A DNA stretch of 64,000 bases. Source: Lama glama. Taxonomy: Eukaryota. The notes beneath the pieces are model-generated. The model saw nothing but the letters and a program-made list of their open reading frames with translations. It had not been told where the DNA came from and ran no database searches. This document shows positions 12,800 through 25,272 of this stretch, piece after piece. The position numbers were made by a program, and so were the translations under genes. The stretch lies in assembly GCA_028534125.1 (NCBI GenBank), contig CM052817.1, positions 47,680,001 to 47,744,000 on the forward strand. Direction: 5' to 3'. Positions within the stretch are counted from its first letter, which is position 1. Each line of letters opens with the position of its first letter.

Positions 12800-12970
12800 G
12801 GCCCTTTGTAAGTGGGAATATTAATCCAAGAGTTAATTCCCTTCAGTCTATTGTGCATGAGCTAGTTAAGAGTACCTGACAAAGGTCCTTCCATCTTGGT
12901 TCGAGATAGTCCTTAAATTGTGTCTTTTCCAGTATGCGTATTCTCCTGGTTACAGGTCACAGGGCATCAG
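12800..12970 (-). pseudogene. pol: ERV integrase C-terminal remnant
   Basis: Frameshifted DL*PGEYAYWKRH / KDYLEPRWKDLCQVLLT / LKGINSWI, matching the gamma-type ...QPRWKGPYQVLLT...WIH motif. Confidence 0.85.
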
Positions 12971-12999
12971 ATCTTCATCCAGACTTAGAGTGTCCTTTT

Positions 13000-15650
13000 A
13001 ATAATTCAATTAAACTTTGCAATATTATAACAACAAGGAACTATCTGGGAAGTGAGTCTTAGGATATAAATACAGACCTCCATTAACAAAACTAGAATTT
13101 AATATCCACTGAAACATAATCTTTTTCTCTCTAAAGTTACCCTCATTTTTATCAAATATAGCCAAATCAAGATTAATCTGTCTGCAAATTAAGTCTGATT
13201 ATTTATCATATAGGCTTTTTAAATTGGCTGTGCCAGAACTTTTCATAAGGGTTGCCTGGGGCCAGGAAAGCCAGGTCAAGGATTTGTGACAGATTTTGCC
13301 TTACAGATTTAGGTGAATTCTTTTTTTTAAGATCCCCAAAATATCTTGAGATTCCTATACCTGTTAGGAGATGGTCTTCCTAATTTATCTGATAAAGCCA
13401 CTGGGGAGCCTAAGAGTTTCCCGTCTCTGGAGGGATCAGACAGAGAGAAAAGGTAACTGTTCCAAGTCTGCTTACGTAGGTATATAATTTACCAAGTTGC
13501 TTAAGGAGAAGGGTTTCTTTATATCTGGAAAAATAGATTAAAAGCTAGTAATATTTTGGACAGGAAGCATAGAAATCACAACCATTTATTCACCAGTTCA
13601 CTCAGTCCTGTGTAACTAATCCTTTTTGTTAATGGTTTTATGAAACCATAAGGTTTTCCATTAGAATTTTTTCATTTCTTACCGAGTTCAACATTATGGT
13701 CTGAAAGTTATCAGAAACCTATACGTATCAAAGAAGTCTTTCTGTAAACCTCTTGAAGAGGAGGCATTTCTCAATGGCATCAAAATAAGCCATAACTATC
13801 TATAGAATGGTAAAAAACTTAAGGCACAGTTTTAAAACCTTATTATAATGCAGCTGACAAGAAACTTAGGTACTGCTGTAATGTACAACATTTTAAGATA
13901 ACTAGAATTATGGTTGGTAGCATTTTATCAGGATATACCAGATTTTTTAAAAAATTCCATATAATTTTGAGAATATCTATATTATTAATATTTTCCCTAA
14001 TACAACCTAAGACAATTACTTATTTGACAGTACTTCCCATGAAATTTAACATTCCAAATGAACACAATTAGTTTAATATCTCTTTTGGGGATGTTTCGGG
14101 GCCCTTTGAAACATCCCAAAGTTAGCCAGAGGTCAAAGAAACTTCATTAAAATTTGATTTGGGAATTTTGTCAAAAAATATCAAAGTTTTAAGACATTTG
14201 ATCAGATAGGATCATAGGTCAGTGTGAAACAATACTTACTCACTTAACCAAAGTGATAATAAAACATTTCAAAGGCAAATATGGAAATGTATAACAGATT
14301 TATGATTGAAGGTCAAAGAAACTTTATACTCTCATCAAAAATAGGTCAACATTTTAAGAAAAATGTCCAAGAAAAATTAAATTCAAATTTTGTATCAGCT
14401 TACTTTTAACAACCAAATCCATTTACTTATTTAAATTAAACCTAAATTAACCAATCCTGATCATGCACAAAGCTCTTTTCTTAGGGTTCCTTTTCCACAA
14501 ACTTTTCATCATTTTCTGTATCCATATTAGTTTGCCCCTTATATATTTTTTCATCCAGAAACAACCAGCTATAGGAAAAACCTACATTTGTTTTCGCTTA
14601 AAATGCAATTCCATTCTTCTTTGCTGAATCATATATCCTACTTTCCTACTGTATACCAAAATATTTCCTTTATTTTCCCCAGTAAGTTTGATTAAATTTT
14701 TAAAATAGAATCCTCAACTTGTAAAAACCTCAATTTCTATTGAACTAAGAAGCAATTATGAATTGTTTTTTACATTAGTATGCTGAAGATTGGCAAACAA
14801 ATATCAATAATAATTTCTAAAACACCATGTGCTTTCTTATAGAAAAGATCTCATTTTGGCACTAAAAATATTTGTTAGCAGTACTAAATACCTTTAGTTT
14901 CTCTGCAAAAGGAAGCCGATATTCAGTAATTAATGTTTCAGGATTTTACTATAGTTGAGGATGACCTAGCTATTCAATAAACTTTCATCATTTAACTTAA
15001 TTTAGCACAACTCAAAATTTTAAGTTACCAAATATCTGGAGAAATTATCTTTAAGTAGACATTTCTAAAATATATTACTCCTAAAGAATTCATCCAAAGG
15101 CTCTTACCTCATTTGCATTCAGTTTATTTTTAAAAATTTTACCATACAAAGTTATTTTTCTTGCTGACAAGAAAGGTATTATACTTAAATGTTGATGACT
15201 TTAAAGACATGCCTATATTAATTAAATCAGTAAACTTTAATACCAGGTATTAATATTGAATATTTGACTGTTCACATGAACCTGAAATTCATTCTGGCCA
15301 GTTTTCTTTTATATTTCTGAGACTTTATATAAGCGCTTAATTTCCTTTAGGCCAATTAAGTAGAGCTCAATTACAAATTAATTTTGATACTACCATCCAA
15401 AGACATGTAATATACATATAGACAACAACCAGGTATGTTTCATTTTCTAAACTTGGTCATGAATCAGGTATGACAATATAAAACTCACTAATTTTAACAG
15501 TTGAAACAGACTAAATTTAAAAGGCTTTGTTTCCCTTCTACCCCCCCGCCCCCTTTTTTTTCTTTCCTACAATCTCAGGAATTAGAGATGGTCTAGATAA
15601 GATAAATGGTCCTGAGAGCCTGGTGTTAAAGCACAGGGAGAGAAAAGCAA
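13000..15650 (-). other. AT-rich non-coding internal segment of the provirus
   Basis: No ORF of 60 aa or more lies wholly inside it in the ORF track; very AT-rich; partly shared with the outer provirus. Confidence 0.75.
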
Positions 15651-15689
15651 GTTCTCCCAGAAGGACTTGTTCCCTCAGTGTTAGAATTC

Positions 15690-16368
15690 TGAGATTTTCT
15701 AGGTCTTCTTTAGTATCTGGGAGAAGTAAGTGGGGCTTTCAGGATAACCCTGTGGGATTACAGTCCACATATATTACCTCTCATTCCAGGTAAAGGCAAA
15801 AAAATTCTGATCATCTGGTTGTACAGGAATACTGAAAAAAAAATTGCTCCAGAGCTCTATCACAGAAAAGTCACCATTTTTAGGAATATGGACAGTAAGG
15901 TATGGGGGTTTGGCACTACAGAATGATAAGGAATATTTTAGCGGGTGATGCAAAATGTATTCTTTCAATGTCAATAGAATCAAGTGCCCATAATTCTTTA
16001 GGTACTACGCCTAGCAATTTGTTTTGTTCAGTGTCATCCTCATCATGAGTCACAAACATTACATGACATTTCTCCCTTAAGAGTAAAGGAAATATGGACT
16101 TCATAAGTTTCCAATAGATCTTGGCCTATCAGGTGAATAGGGGCATTTTCTACTAGAAAAAAAAAGGAAGTGCCTTTATGTTCCCCTAAGTAGAATTCTA
16201 AGGTAACGATTTAAAAGCCTTAATAGGAGCCCCTACCATCTGCACTGAGGAATTACTCTGAAGGAGTAATTTTTTTTTTTTTTGTTTTAATTGTTTCTCC
16301 TTGTATAATCATTTCTACGTCCAGGGTGTTAGGGGAAGTGGAGAGACTTCCCATGTTCCCCTGCAGCC
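15690..16368 (-). pseudogene. pol: ERV protease C-terminal part and RT N-terminal remnant
   Basis: PIHLIGQDLLETYEVHISF (protease GRDLL motif); VPKELWA; VVPNPHTLL; FFSIPVQPDDQNFFAFTW; WTVIPQGYPESPTYFSQIL; ends before YxDD; stops and frameshifts present. Confidence 0.92.
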
Positions 16369-17694
16369 CTATTCTTGTTTAACTCATAATTCTGGTCTAA
16401 AATCCAGCTTTCCTCCTAGGCTTCTCCTTCTTAACTTACCATTAATTTTTTGATACTCTGGTTTTCTGCAGTAAAAGTGACTTTGAATGGGGATGGGTCA
16501 GCCTTTGACTGGCACTGAGTACTTAATTAGCACAATTGAAGGTTGATGATTTTTGCAGATAACCCCTTTTCTTTCTTTTTAATAGTCTTAAAAGTTGATC
16601 AGCCAGTGTAACAAGGACATTTATAGGTAATGAGGACCAAGCTAGATTGTTGTTTGACAGCAGTAGTCAATTCTTTATCTAAGCCTTCTAAAAAGGCAGA
16701 GTTAGAGGACCATTTTGGTAATTAGAGAATGATTGAGGTGTCAAGCCAGAATATTAAGTTTTTGGGTTTTTTTTAAACCTTTCATAATAGTCTGGAATTG
16801 GTTCATCAGGTCTTTGCTTGCACTGCTAAATCTCTGTCCAGTCTACAGTTTTTAGAAAAAGCTCTTGGATAAATTTGAGCAATTTTTCAGTTAATTCTTT
16901 GCATTCAGTGCAAGCCTGTGGACTATGTAATTCCAAGTCCATCAGAGGTCATTTTCAACCTGCTTTCTCTGCTTTTCCCTTGATTTGCTTTCAGAATCTA
17001 ATCGATACAGATCTGAAAACCCAGGGTTGTAGGTTTGGATGGTTAACGCAAACTCCTTAGCAAATCCCAGTGGATCTTGATTTGGATTGGGAAATTCCTT
17101 GGCCAAGGCTCTAAGTTCTGCTCATGTTCAGCGTGTATACATAAGCACCGAGGACGGTTCACCTCTCCCTGTAATAGATTTTTCCTTAAGGAGAACTATA
17201 ACCGCCTGATTTTTCACTCCTCCTTTACCAGGGAAGAGGGAACAGCAGGAGGTGGAAAAGATGGAAGAGAAAGAGCGTCTGGACCAGGCAATTCGGATAG
17301 AAGGATACATAGAGGAACAGAGGGAGAGAGTGTGTCAGTGTCAGTGTCAGTGTCAGTGCCTTTTTTTAGTTCTGATATAGTTTCAAGCAATTTTTTGCTG
17401 GTTTCCTGCAAAGAAGTTACTTTATCATTTCTTCTTTTAGAAGCTTCTAAATACCAATCAGTCTGTTTGATCTTAGGGCCAGCTTTTTCTAACTATGCAT
17501 ACAAAAAATATTAGTTTTGAAATGTCAAACCCCAATTTGGTCATTGTAGATTGAGATCTCCTTTAGTATAATTTCCCCAATTAATTAGGTGCTTGTAAGC
17601 ATGAGCTCTGTACTTGAATCTTGGCTGGGGTGTTAGCTGGAGGTTGGTTTTCGGACGCCCTTCTTTTCTCTGTTTGAAAGACTCTATTTCTCAT
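16369..17694 (-). pseudogene. gag: ERV gag remnant
   Basis: ATG at 17694; MA-like W...TKGDLNLQ*PNWG/FDISKL...WYLEASKR; CA-like AELRALAKEFPNPNQDPLGFAKEFALTIQTYNPGFSDLY; degenerate knuckle FYCRKP; TAG-GGC-TGC gag/pol junction at 16371-16369; in-frame (GTGTCA)4.5 expansion at 17332-17358. Confidence 0.9.
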
Positions 17695-18081
17695 TTTAAA
17701 GTTGAATTTGTCAGGGATAAAATTTCACTTCCTTCCTGACAAAATCTATTGAGGTGGCCAACTTGAGGGAAAGTGTCAGCTCCACCTCTTAGCTGACCAC
17801 TCAGTCCAGGCCCTGGTATCTTTCAACCGGGCCCCACCGAGGACATCCTCTCTGGGTGGATATTTCCCCCAAGTATCTCTCAACTGCAGGGCCAGGTACC
17901 TGGATACACCACCAAATAAAACTCAGAATTATCAACCAATCTGGGAGATCTGAGAACCAGGAGAGACTCACCCAAATTTGTCGGGACTCCCCGAGGAGGC
18001 AGACGGGCACAAAGGGCCTCTGCTGGTACCAGGGCTCCGGTTCCTCATAGAGTTCAGGCGAAGGAGAGAAGTCAGCTCTGG

Positions 18082-18101
18082 GTCCCTTTGTGGGGTTGCC
18101 A
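18082..18101 (-). promoter_or_regulatory. primer binding site, tRNA-Arg-like
   Basis: Minus strand TGGCAACCCCACAAAGGGAC, 4 nt from the 5' LTR; similar to the Arg-type PBS TGGC(G/A)ACCACGAAGGGAC. Confidence 0.75.
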
Positions 18102-18105
18102 AAAC

Positions 18106-18597
18106 TGTCAACTGAAATAAAATCACACAACGTGAGAGTTGTGAGCTAAGTTTTATTGGGGACAAAGTGAGGACTACAGCCCAGGAGACAGCATCCCAGA
18201 GAGCTTTGGGAAACTGTTCCAAAGAGACAGGAGGAGAACTCAGTATTATGTATATGACTTCAGTGAAGGGGGTACGTGCAGTCAAGCACACATTTAGGCA
18301 GGGGCTCGCTGCTGGTCATGAGGAGCAGATGTCACTGTGAATGATTTTAGTGCTTTTCTAGCTATGAAGAGATGCAAGAATTGGGGTCATAAAATCTTCT
18401 CCTGAAAATATCTGTCTGAAGGCCTATTCAGGCAGTTTTCCTGGAGCACAGAGTGCTTCATTCCTGACCTCCATCCTGAACTCCTTTCAGGATGTGTTGG
18501 AGGTCAGTGGCTGCAGTGGCTCATGATCTAGATGGCAAGTGCCAACATGATCCAATCCTTGTAGAAGCAGATGGTGAGTGCTAATTTTTAGTTAGCA
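18106..18597 (-). repeat. 5' LTR of inner provirus
   Basis: TG...CA termini; AATAAA on minus strand at 18152-18157; about 24-bp internal duplication near 18522-18545. Confidence 0.95.
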
Positions 18598-19047
18598 ACG
18601 ACAACAGACTTGAAATGGTATGGTTAAAGATCTGATTACAATGCAGTTGACAAGAAACTTAGTTCTGTGACATACAACACTTTAAGAGAACATTATACCA
18701 GGGCATATCAGGTTTTTAGGCATTCCATATAAATTTTGGAGTATCTATAATTTAACATACCAAACAAACCTAATTCATATAAAATTCCTCTCTGGGATGC
18801 CTTGGGATTTCTTTGAAGCATCCTAGAGTTAGCTGGAATTCAAAGAACTTAAATTAGAATTTGATATTTGGGAACGTCTATGAAAAATATCAAAAAGGTT
18901 TCAAAACTTGTCATAGGTCACCATGAAACAATATGTATTCACTTAACCAAAGTGACAAAAGATTTCAATAACAAATACAGACCACTTAAAGGCAAAGAAA
19001 CACACAATCTGTTGTAAAAAGCAGCATTTCAAGAAAATTTTATTCTC

Positions 19048-19395
19048 AAGGCCTTTGTGCTTGCTCTCCCATTGGTCTTAAGTACTGTCCCCCCAAATCA
19101 ATTCATGTTTTCACTCATTCACTTCATTGGTTTCTGCTAAAGTGTCGTTAGCAGAGAAGCCTTCCCTAGTCACCTAGTATAAAGTGTCCTTTCATTTTCA
19201 ATCATTCTCTTTATACCCACTTTTCTAATGTAATGGTTCCTATCTGGTATGTTTTAATGTAAGTAAATATCTGTCATTTGTCTCTCATGAAAATGTAAGC
19301 ACCATAGAACAACTTGTCGTCTTCTTGCCTATTCAACTATAGCCAAGCACCTGGTAGCTACTGGGTAATTAGTTGAAGATAAATGAATAGGTGAA
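19048..19395 (+). mobile_element. L2 3' end
   Basis: ggcctttgtgcttgct...cagagaagccttccct...aatgtaagcaccat...ttgaagataaatgaat. Confidence 0.7.
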
Positions 19396-19569
19396 ATAAT
19401 TAAATCTTTAAAAAATGTTTTCTTCACTGTGTTAATAAACACAAGTGAAAAATGTATATAAAATTATTTTTATAAGTAGTTCAGAGGTAGACAGGCAAGG
19501 AATTATTTTTTATATCAACTCTGGAAGAACTATTTTCAATCCATAACTCAAAGAGTAAGTAGTTCATAA

Positions 19570-19641
19570 TGTCAACTGAAATGAATGCACAACCTAAAAA
19601 CTGAGAGTTATTTGGCAGACATTTCTGAGGACTCAAACCCC
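19570..19641 (-). mobile_element. short U5-end fragment of the same LTR family as 8667-9105
   Basis: tgtcaactgaaatgaatgcacaacctaaaaactgagagtta matches the 8667 LTR start; no PBS adjacent. Confidence 0.75.
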
Positions 19642-19829
19642 TGCTGAATAATATTCAGATTAAAAATATGAATTAGTTCTAAGTTTATGTGCTTCACAAT
19701 GAAATAGGGAAACATAATAATATATTCTATACCATTCTTTTTAAAATGTCTTCACTTGGTATACTTTACACAGTACAAAATAATTGGAAATTTGTGAATT
19801 ATACTTTCTTCTACTTAAACAGTCGTCAA

Positions 19830-20525
19830 CCTTAGCAACACAAGCAGTAAGACCATCTGACAATTTTCTCCTCCTGATGTGATGCAATAATAGACAATGT
19901 CACTCATGTGGTGGCCTTGCCAAAATGTGTCTAGGCTTCATCTAATAATGACAGGTTATCAGACTCATCCAGAATATTGCATATTAAAAAAAAAGTGGGC
20001 TGAAATCCTTTAAAACACTCAATACCATAAACAAACAAACAAACAAAAAACAAAAAGAAAAGCTGATTGAGGATTTTCTACTTTATACATTAAGAGAGAC
20101 TAAATAAACCTAAACACCTAAGAGTTGTGCAGGAACCATCAGAGCTTATGGAATTTATTACCTAAAACAAATGACTAAGCAAAGCAAAGAATGAATGATA
20201 AACATCAAAATGTCTTGTGCAGTTGGGGGAAATCTAAGTGTGGATTGTATATATTTCTGCATTAGTCATAATTTTAAGTTAATTTAGAAAGCTGCTACAG
20301 TTTTAATAAATGACTGAAGATGAAGTATCATGAGGTCAGCTACGCAAGTTCAAATGATCCAACCAAAAATGGGGAGGGAGGTTGGGTGTAGAGAGAGTAA
20401 GATTGTGGCAAATTAGTAAACTGTGAGTGCATTTGTGTGAAAGATATGCAAATATTCTTTGTATTAGTCTTTCAGTTTCTCTGTAGATTTGAAAATTTAA
20501 CAATGAAGTTGGGCAGCAATAAAGT
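19830..20525 (+). mobile_element. old L1M 3' UTR fragment
   Basis: cctcctgatgtgatgcaata ... ttttcagtttctctgtagatttgaaaattt-type L1M 3' motifs. Confidence 0.55.
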
Positions 20526-21459
20526 ATCTTTTAAATGTCATTTATTTTTATATCTCTACATAATATACGGTACATCTATTTTTTTCTTTAAAAGTTATCT
20601 TGATTCCTTTTCCTTCTCTTCCAAAGACAGAACAATAGTCTTAATTTTATTTTAGGGTGATTCAATTCATATGACAACTGAACCAGACAACTTTCAGTTC
20701 TGAGTATCCATGTATAAGATTAACAGAAGCACATAAAGAAGCTCCAGAAAGAATGGGCTTCTGAGTTTTGAGCTCTAATCTTAAAGGCATGCCTCAATTC
20801 TTCCCCCCATTTGGATGATTGATTCCCCAGTCATCTGAAACACTGATTAATGCTTTATTACAGACACATTGGGTGTACTATGGTTAACTTTAACTTATAA
20901 TGTTTCTATATATTCTGTATATCTATTACAGTAAATTAACACAAAAACAATCAAAACAGTTTATTCACTTATTTAAAAATACTTCTTGATCATTTATTAT
21001 ATAAAATCTATCATGTAGTCTCACGGAAGTTTGAGAGATAACTATGCTTTGGTTCTGGCCTTTATGGAAGTGGCAGGCAACCTGGAAAAATTAGAGACCT
21101 GCTGTTTTCAGGGTAAATAAGAAGTACCCTAACAAGGGTGTGGATACCTACACTGAGAAGTACAAAGACAGAGACTTCTTACTCCTGAGGGAAATGAGGG
21201 AAACTCATTTTGCAAGATGTAATATGTGATCTTGATGAATATGCATGATTTTTAGGCAAAACTTTTCTGGAGTCCAGCTTAGAGAACACAAGATTGAGAA
21301 ATAGGATAGAGGTATATTTCTTCTACTTGAATCAGAGATGCATACCTTATTAAAAATTTGACAGCTAAGAAGTATCTATATTATTCAAAGTAATCACATT
21401 TCACAAACTGAATGAGTTTGACATATTCTTTTTTTCAAACATAAGTGAAAAATACAGTG

Positions 21460-22433
21460 TAGACTTCTTCATTGGGCCATAATGGAAAAAGAGACCCAAA
21501 CTATGTTACCACTAAAAACAACTAGAATCTGCCCCCAAAATATGTGTATTTAGACACTTAGCAATAGGAAGTAGAGGACTCTGATCCCTGAGAAGAAGAA
21601 AAATGAAAAAACAGTAGTACAGATTAGAGGAGTCCCATGATTTCCCTAACTTTCTACCTAAATGTACTGTCTGGACCACAGTTCAAGGAGAGACATTCCA
21701 GGCAGAGCATGGCATTTATGCTATGATGAGGGGAGAGAGATGATGTTCAAGGGAGCCAGAGCAACTGGAATTTTTATTAACATAATGAGGAAGGAAATAG
21801 AAGATATATCAATGACCTAAATGGAAATTAAACTACGGCATCCAAAGTGAAAAAATTTCCAGATAATACTAAAGAAGACGATGACTCACAGATAACACAA
21901 GAAGGCACATTATGATCAAATTACTGAACACCCTGGCAAAGAGAAAAAAATTAAAGATCATCAACTTCTTGTGAGAAACACTAATTCAGAAGACAACGAA
22001 GTGACATCTCTGGCATGCTGAAAGAAGAAAAAAAAACTGCCAACAGAATTAGTTATCTAAAATTGAAGGAAAATAAACATGTTTTCAGACAAAAAGGTGA
22101 GAAATTCATTAACAAATGAACTGCATTACAAAAAAATGCCAAAGGAAGTTAGCAGTATATGCTGGCCCATAAACTAGGTCTCAATACATTCAGAACAATA
22201 TGATTCATATAAAGTATATTTTCTGGCTAGAACTGAATTCTTTTTAAATTAATAACTGAATAGTATCCAAAGTATCCCCAAATATTAGGAAATTAAACAA
22301 CACATTGGTAAAAGAAGAAATCACATAAGTAATTAGGAAATACTTGTAAATAAACGATGATTAAAATACACTATCACTATAGTTGTAGGATACAGATGTA
22401 AATGTATTTTAGAGTTAAAAATAAAGCTCTAAA
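21460..22433 (+). mobile_element. old degraded L1M (5'UTR, ORF1 and early ORF2 pieces)
   Basis: Decayed ORF1 C-terminus and ORF2 endonuclease-adjacent motifs (aaattaaacaacac...gtaaaagaagaaatcaca...aggaaatactt). Confidence 0.7.
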
Positions 22434-25032
22434 AAGCCAATGGGTCAGTGATGAAATCAAAGAGGAAATAAAATACTTCAAGACAAATGACAATGAAAGC
22501 ACAACCATACAAAATCTATGGGATGCAGCAAAAATAATCCTAAGAGGGAAGTTCATAGCAAGGCCTTTCTCAATAAACAAACTCAAATAACCTAACCTAA
22601 CCAAAAGAATTAGAAAAAGGGAACAAAACCTAAGTCAGCAGAAGGAAGGAATAATAAATATCAGAGAGGAAATAAATATAACAGATTTTTAAAAAATAGA
22701 AAAAAATCAATAAAACCAAGAGCTGATTTTTTGAAAGGATAATCGGCAAACCTCTGGCCAGGCTCACCAAGAAGAGAGGACCCATAAAAACAAAATAAGA
22801 CATAGAGTGGAGAAATAACAGATACTGCAGAAATACACAAAACAAGAAAATACTGTGAAGAATTATATGCCAACAAAATGGACAACCTAGAGGAAATGGA
22901 AAACTTCCTAGAAACACACAGCCTGCCAAAACTGAAACAAGAAGATACTGATCATTTGAACAGACTGATCACTAGAAGTAAAATAGAATATATGATTTAA
23001 AAAAACTCCTTCCAAGTCCAGGACCACATGGCTTCACTGGGGAATTTTACCGAACATACAAAGAACTTATACTCATCTTCCAAAAGATTGAAGAAGAAGG
23101 GACACTCCCAAACTCATTCTATGAAGCCACAATCACCCTCATACCAAAATCACACACAATCACCCTCATACCAAAATCACACAAAGACAATACCAAAAAA
23201 GAAAATTATAGGCCAATATATTTGAGGAATATAGATGTAAAAATTCTCAACAAAATATTAGCAAACTGAAACCCATAATGCATAAGAAGGATAATATACC
23301 ATGATCAAGCTGCATTCATCCCAGCATCACAAGGATGGTTCACCATACGCAAATCAATCACTGTGATATACCATGTTAACAAAAGAAGAGACCAAAACCA
23401 CATGATCATTTCAATAGATGCAGAAAAATCATTTGATAAAATTCAACATTATTCATGATAAAAACTGTCACCCAACATGGGTATAGAAGGAACATATTTC
23501 TATGTAATAAAAGCCATTTATAACAAACACACAGCCAACATAATATTCAATGGTAGGTAGCTGATAGCCTTCCTGCTAAAATCTGAAACCAGACAAGCAT
23601 GCCCACTATCACCACTTCTATTCAACATAGTCTTGGAAGTCCTAGCCACAGCAATCATAAATAAAAGAAATCTACATCATAAAGAAAGAGGTAAAATTGT
23701 CAGAATACATAGGAGATATGATACTATATATAGAAAACCCTAAAGACTCCTCACAAAAACCATTAGAACTGATAAACAAATTCAGCAAGGTAGCAAGAGA
23801 CACACAGAAATCAGGTGCATTTCTTTACACTAACAATGAAATATCAAATAAAGTAAAAAAAAAAAATCCTGTTTAAAATTACATCCAAAAAAATGCTTAG
23901 GAATAAACCTAACCAAGGAGTTAAAAGACTTATATGCTGAGAACTACAAAATATTTATAATGGAAATTAAAGATGATTTAAAGAAATGGAAATATATCCC
24001 CAATGCTCTTGGATTGGAAAAATTAATATCGTTAAGTGGCTATACTACCCAAAGCAATCTACAAATGTAATGTGATCCCTATCAAATTACCGAGGATATT
24101 TTTCATAGAACTAAAACAAATAATCCTAAAATTCATATGAAACCACAAAAGAACCAGAATTGCCAAAGCAATCCTGAGGAAAAAGAACAAAGCTGGAGGC
24201 ATAACCCTCCCACACTTCAGACAGTACTACAGAGCTACAGTAGTAAGAAGAGCATAGTACTGGCACAAAAAAAAAGACATATGGATCAATGGAACAGGAT
24301 AGAGAGCCCAGAAATAAACCTACACACCTACAGTCAGTTAATCTACAACAAAGGAGGCAAGAATATACAATGTTTTGGGGAAAATGGACAGCCACGTGTA
24401 AATCAATGTTAAGTCAGAATACTCCCTCATACCACACACAAAAATAAACTCAAAATGGCTTAAAGATCTAAATATAAGGCAGGGCACCATAAAAATCCTA
24501 GAAGAGAACATAGGCAAAACATGCTCTGACATATTTTCTTAGATCAATCTACCCAAGGCGAAAGAAATAAAAGTAAAAATTAACAAATGGGACCTAATTA
24601 AACTTGTATGCTTTTGCACAGCAAAAGAAACCATAAACAAAACAAAAGACAGTCTATGGAATGGGAGAAAATATTTGCCAACCAATGAGGGCTTAATTTC
24701 CAAAATAAACAGACCATATAGTTCCGTATCAAAAAAAAAAAATCAAAAAATAGGCAGGAGGCTTAAATAGACATTTCTCTAAAGACATTCAGATGGCCAA
24801 CAGGCACATGAAAGGATGCTCAACATCACTAATTATTAGAGAAATACAAATCAAAACTCTAATGAGGTATTACTTCACATGGTTCAGAATGGTTATCATC
24901 AAAATGTCTACAAATAATTAAAGCTGGAATGTGTGTGGAGAAAAGGGAAGCCTGGTACCTTGTTGGTGGGCATGTAAATTGGTGCAGCTACCATGGAGAA
25001 CAGTATGGGGGATCCTTTAAAAACTAAAACTA

Positions 25033-25272
25033 AATTGGAAGTTCAAGATTTGCAGATACTATTATATATAAAATAGATAACAAGTTTATACTGTACAGCA
25101 CAGAGAACTATATTCAATATCTTGTAGTAACCTATAGTGAAAAAGAATATGAAAACAAGTGTGTATGACTGAAACATTATGCTGCACACCAGAAACTGAC
25201 ACAACAACACTGTAAATTGACTATACCTCAATTAAAAAAAAAAAAGGAATACAAAACCCCACCAGAAGACAA
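25033..25272 (+). mobile_element. short younger L1 3' end nested in L1
   Basis: TSD aaaaactaaaacta at 25019-25032 and 25273-25286; TT/AAAA target; own A-tail at 25234-25245. Confidence 0.9.

Larger units (their letters stand above)
11186..18597 (-). mobile_element. complete defective class-I (gamma-like, MER4-group-like) endogenous retrovirus, 7.4 kb
   Basis: Two homologous LTRs; TSD atga (11182-11185) / acga (18598-18601); PBS; purine tract next to the 3' LTR; gag-pro-RT-IN-env remnants in the correct order. Confidence 0.95.
8667..19045 (-). mobile_element. outer, older defective ERV1 provirus: 3' LTR at 8667-9105 plus internal sequence, 5'-truncated and interrupted by three later insertions
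   Basis: LTR begins tgtcaatggaaaataatgcacaac, related to the inner LTRs. Its 9110-9500 aligns with inner 11640-12050, 10220-10497 with about 13420-13700, and 18602-19040 with about 13810-14360. Sequence is collinear across the inner insertion. Confidence 0.85.

Noticed and set aside
17077..17514. 145-aa plus-strand ORF
   Set aside because: Antisense to the gag remnant, non-ATG start, includes the hexamer repeat; no evidence of function
11186..18597. Replication-competent ERV or syncytin-like captured env
   Set aside because: All genes are disrupted; YxDD, RNase H, the integrase core and the env fusion machinery are missing
8667..19641. Selective loss of minus-strand poly(A) signals across the LTR cluster
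   Set aside because: Four are lost (8711, 10581, about 11220, about 19610) but four are intact (6037, 7871, 9646, 18152), which is compatible with neutral decay
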